Source of the DNA: Elusimicrobiota bacterium
GTDB taxonomy: Bacteria > RUG730 > JBDRED01
Length of the DNA stretch: 60,406 bases
Direction of reading: 5' to 3'
Assembly: GCA_043820025.1 (NCBI GenBank)
Contig: JBDRED010000009.1
Span: 1-60,406, forward strand
Shown here: in pieces, positions 57,664-60,406 of the stretch
How positions within the stretch are numbered: position 1 is the stretch's first letter
Layout of the letters: each line of letters starts with the position of its first letter
The notes under the pieces: model-generated
What the model was told of the DNA's origin: nothing
Databases searched by the model: none
What the model saw: only the letters and a program-made list of their open reading frames with translations
Position numbers and translations under genes: made by a program

Positions 57664-59046
57664 TTAATCCGGCGTTTTAACGCAATACGTAACTATACCG
57701 CCGTATAAATTAATATCTAACGTGCCTGTATCATAAGAATCGTTTATATATACTTTTATACTATCCGTTAGTGTTCCTCCCTGTTTTACTCCTGCAAAAA
57801 AACTTCCGCTTGTTCGTAGTTTCCCTGTAACATCTAACTTTTGCTGTGGACTGCTTGTCGCAATACCTACATTACCCGCATTACCGACAAACAAACCTAA
57901 TGCTCCTGCGTCGTTTGTGATATACATCCCATTTGTATCAGGAGCGCGAACACTGTTAAGCGTAATGCTCGAGACAACCAGCTCTTGTTCGACATAATGC
58001 CTTGTGCTTACATTTAATTTGTAATTACCGGGAACCGTTGTTCCTATTCCGATATTACCGCCTGACTCAAAGATCTCTGATGAGCCGATATTCTCGGAGC
58101 TTGTAAAATATGCGGCATAGCCTGCAGTACCGCTTCCTCCCAATCCACCCTGCGCTGTTACCCATGAGAGATTCCCTGATCCGTCATTTTTAAGAAATGT
58201 ATCCGCGCTTCTTGACGATGGCCACGAATATGTTAAGTTATTTATTTTAATTAGGTTGCCGCTCCTGTTAACCTGGAATGTATTATCCCCCACTGTGAAA
58301 AGCGCGGTTGGATTAGTAGTGCCTACGCCAACATTTTCAGAGACTGCCATCAATGTGTTTACGCTTGTTGTGCCTGTAGTTATTCTTAAAAGATACTGCG
58401 TATTCGTAATACTCTGCGAAGAAACATGCAGCATTGCTGTAGGGCTATTTAGACCGACTCCTATATTGCCGTATTGATCTATAAACATCCGATTCACGCT
58501 GTCGTCTGAATAAAGGCTTATCCCGGCCGCGCTTTTTGCTTTAATTTTATCAATTAATAAATATTTACTATCAGCCACAACAGCGCTGCTTCTAAAGAGC
58601 GTTGTTCCGTTAATATTAAACTTACTGCCTGCAGGTATAGTCATGCCGTATCCTATGCCGACTGCGGCTGTGTCGTCTACATACATAACATTTGCTATTC
58701 CATTGCCAAGCGAATTTAGCCTGTAACTCGTAGAATAAGGCGCAGTTGAATTAAAAATCGTATTATCGGTTAATATAATACCGCCGCCTGTCACAAAAAT
58801 ATCGCCGTTTACCGTGAGAGTTGATACTGCTATATGCGTGCCTATCCCAACATTCCCCGGGAAATACGCATTGCCGGTTGAAGTTATTGTTGTAATTTTT
58901 ACTCCATTTGAATTTTCTATCCACAATCCGTTTTCAGCGCTGTCGCTTGCAAGCCGCACAGTTACCTCTGACGCAGAATAAAGAAAGCTGCAGCTTGCCG
59001 GTATTAAAAATATTAAGCTGATATATTTCAAATATTTTGTAATCAT
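57664..59046 (-). CDS. Secreted fibre-like repeat protein, paralogue 2
   Basis: Start taken at ATG 59046, which forms an ATGA overlap with the upstream stop, giving MITKYLKYISLIFLIPASCSFLYSA. Module order matches paralogue 1. Shares ESGGNIGIGTTVPGNYKLNV exactly with paralogue 3. Confidence 0.85.
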   Translation of the reverse strand: MITKYLKYISLIFLIPASCSFLYSASEVTVRLASDSAENGLWIENSNGVKITTITSTGNAYFPGNVGIGTHIAVSTLTVNGDIFVTGGGIILTDNTIFNSTAPYSTSYRLNSLGNGIANVMYVDDTAAVGIGYGMTIPAGSKFNINGTTLFRSSAVVADSKYLLIDKIKAKSAAGISLYSDDSVNRMFIDQYGNIGVGLNSPTAMLHVSSQSITNTQYLLRITTGTTSVNTLMAVSENVGVGTTNPTALFTVGDNTFQVNRSGNLIKINNLTYSWPSSRSADTFLKNDGSGNLSWVTAQGGLGGSGTAGYAAYFTSSENIGSSEIFESGGNIGIGTTVPGNYKLNVSTRHYVEQELVVSSITLNSVRAPDTNGMYITNDAGALGLFVGNAGNVGIATSSPQQKLDVTGKLRTSGSFFAGVKQGGTLTDSIKVYINDSYDTGTLDINLYGGIVTYCVKTPD

Positions 59047-60406
59047 CCGCTCCACCCCGAAGGAACATGCTGGCTTGTGCTTCCGTTATACACATGCACA
59101 ACAATCCCGCCTTTCATAGTAACCGTATATGAATCGCCCCAATAATCATAGAATGATATTTCCTTAGTTTCGCCTGCATTCCCTGCGCAATCATACCCCT
59201 CGCTTACTCTGATACCCTCGCTGTTGCCCGCATCTTCCGAATAAACGGAAAGCTTCCTGGGCGCTGTTGTTGACCCTATACCTACATTGCCCTGGTCATA
59301 TACAGTTAATCTGCGCGTGCCTGTGCTGCTTGTAACAATAAATCCCAAAGCTGTCTTAGCGTCTAACATTCTTACTACTGTATATGAGGAATATGATATA
59401 TCGCTGTTAACATACATAGGACCGTTTACATTAAGCTTATAATTCCCGGGAACGGTTGTGCCTATTCCAATGTTGCCGCCTGATTCATAAATCACGCTGT
59501 TACCCACGCTCGCAGCGCCTGTAAACTTTGTTATATAATTTTCTGTGCCGCCGCCTGTTATATTAATAGCCAGGCTCTCCCACGACAAATCGCCGTCAGT
59601 ATTTACCTTAAGGAGCGTATCAGCGCCGCCTTGTATAGCCGGCCATGTGTAAGTAACGCCATTTATTGATTTCATATTCCCTGCAGTATCTATCTGAAAC
59701 CCGTTATTCCCGCCTACACAAAAAAGCTGTGACGGCGCATCCGTGCCAATACCTACCCTTTCGTCTCCTCTTACAGTCAGAATAGGAGTAGTGCCTGTTG
59801 TTATCTTTAAATAATACTGCGAGCTTGTGGCTGTATCGCTGGATATATGCAAAACCGCGGTTGTGCCGCCGGACCCGATCCCGATATTCCCTGAATTTGT
59901 AACGCGCAGGCCTTCTGCGCCTGCGCTGTTTGAAATAAATAATGTATCGCTTTCCTCGCTGCCGCGCGGCCGCGCCTCATCAGCAGAAAAATATAAACCA
60001 TTATCTAATGTCAAATCATTATTAAAAAATGTTTTGCCGTTAACATAAAGTTTTGACGTGATTGATTCTGTAATACCTATTCCGACATTTCCGGAGTTAT
60101 CAACATACACAACATTATGAGTAAGAGCGTCGTCTGAGCTGAGCGAATTTTTCGAACCAAGATCGTCTGTTGAGGAAAGATAAGTATTGTCAGGGAAATA
60201 TAAGCTTCCGGAAGAAAGCGCCATATTTCCGTTAATCGTCAGGTTTGTATTTGTGCTCTTTGCGCCGATCCCGACCTTGCCTTTAAAGTACGCGTCGCCT
60301 CTTGAGCTGAAGGATGAGATAATAACTCCGCTACTATTTTCAATAGCCAGCTGCGAACTGCCGTCAGATGTGTCTAAATCTATAATTACATCGCCTGCAG
60401 CCAGAG
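59043..60406 (-). CDS. Fibre-like repeat protein, paralogue 3, N-terminus beyond the right edge
   Basis: The reading frame stays open from the track's Met (60224) to base 60406. My translation is LAAGDVIIDLDTSDGSSQLAIENSSGVIISSFSSRGDAYFKGKVGIGAKSTNTNLTINGN-MALSS..., which aligns with the post-signal N-termini of paralogues 1 and 2. Confidence 0.85.
   Translation of the reverse strand, partial: LAAGDVIIDLDTSDGSSQLAIENSSGVIISSFSSRGDAYFKGKVGIGAKSTNTNLTINGNMALSSGSLYFPDNTYLSSTDDLGSKNSLSSDDALTHNVVYVDNSGNVGIGITESITSKLYVNGKTFFNNDLTLDNGLYFSADEARPRGSEESDTLFISNSAGAEGLRVTNSGNIGIGSGGTTAVLHISSDTATSSQYYLKITTGTTPILTVRGDERVGIGTDAPSQLFCVGGNNGFQIDTAGNMKSINGVTYTWPAIQGGADTLLKVNTDGDLSWESLAINITGGGTENYITKFTGAASVGNSVIYESGGNIGIGTTVPGNYKLNVNGPMYVNSDISYSSYTVVRMLDAKTALGFIVTSSTGTRRLTVYDQGNVGIGSTTAPRKLSVYSEDAGNSEGIRVSEGYDCAGNAGETKEISFYDYWGDSYTVTMKGGIVVHVYNGSTSQHVPSGWSG

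Noticed and set aside
56305-60406. Diversity-generating retroelement acting on the fibre-like genes
   Set aside because: No reverse transcriptase ORF or near-identical template/variable repeat pair is visible in the window. The shared segments differ at synonymous sites rather than at adenine-specific positions.

Overview
AT-rich bacterial chromosomal segment in which every credible gene (about 56 CDS and 7 tRNAs) lies on the minus strand, tightly packed with many overlapping stop/start codons. The centre (12.5-56.2 kb) is ordinary housekeeping: rimI-tsaB-tsaE-thiL; nnrD-acpS-glmS-pdxJ-glmM-cdaA-folP-folE-ftsH-tilS-pfk; a Lys-Glu-Val-Asp tRNA operon; serA plus a class-V aminotransferase; tig-clpP-clpX-lon; an arsR-trx module; a Na/Pi transporter; clpB; a TIGR01212-type radical SAM gene; gltX; hisG. 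OmpA-type, GT9 heptosyltransferase-like and lipoprotein genes point to a diderm. The lineage cannot be assigned from sequence alone; it looks like an uncultivated, low-GC diderm group. Two accessory regions stand out. (i) 1-12.5 kb holds a co-directional glycan capture/import locus without SusC/SusD. It contains a sugar ABC importer, two paralogous secreted clan GH-A hydrolases, a large OmpA-anchored putative beta-barrel, CBM-like beta-sandwich proteins, and secreted proteins with near-identical 57-bp polycationic KEPK tandem repeats. (ii) 56.3-60.4 kb holds a translationally coupled tandem array of at least 3 paralogous secreted fibre-like proteins full of GN(V/I)GIGT repeats. Their stalk modules are conserved and their C-terminal tips diverge; the array runs off the right edge. 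Smaller oddities: a CdaA carrying a CdaR-like membrane-anchor remnant; a duplicated-domain basic protein with a histone-H1-like tail co-transcribed with tRNA-Ser; a 14-bp x 7.6 tandem repeat between hisG and gltX; an 11-nt direct repeat in the clpB leader; and two single-base homopolymer frameshifts about 900 bp apart, which may be assembly errors. No CRISPR array, transposase, integrase or recognisable defence system was seen.
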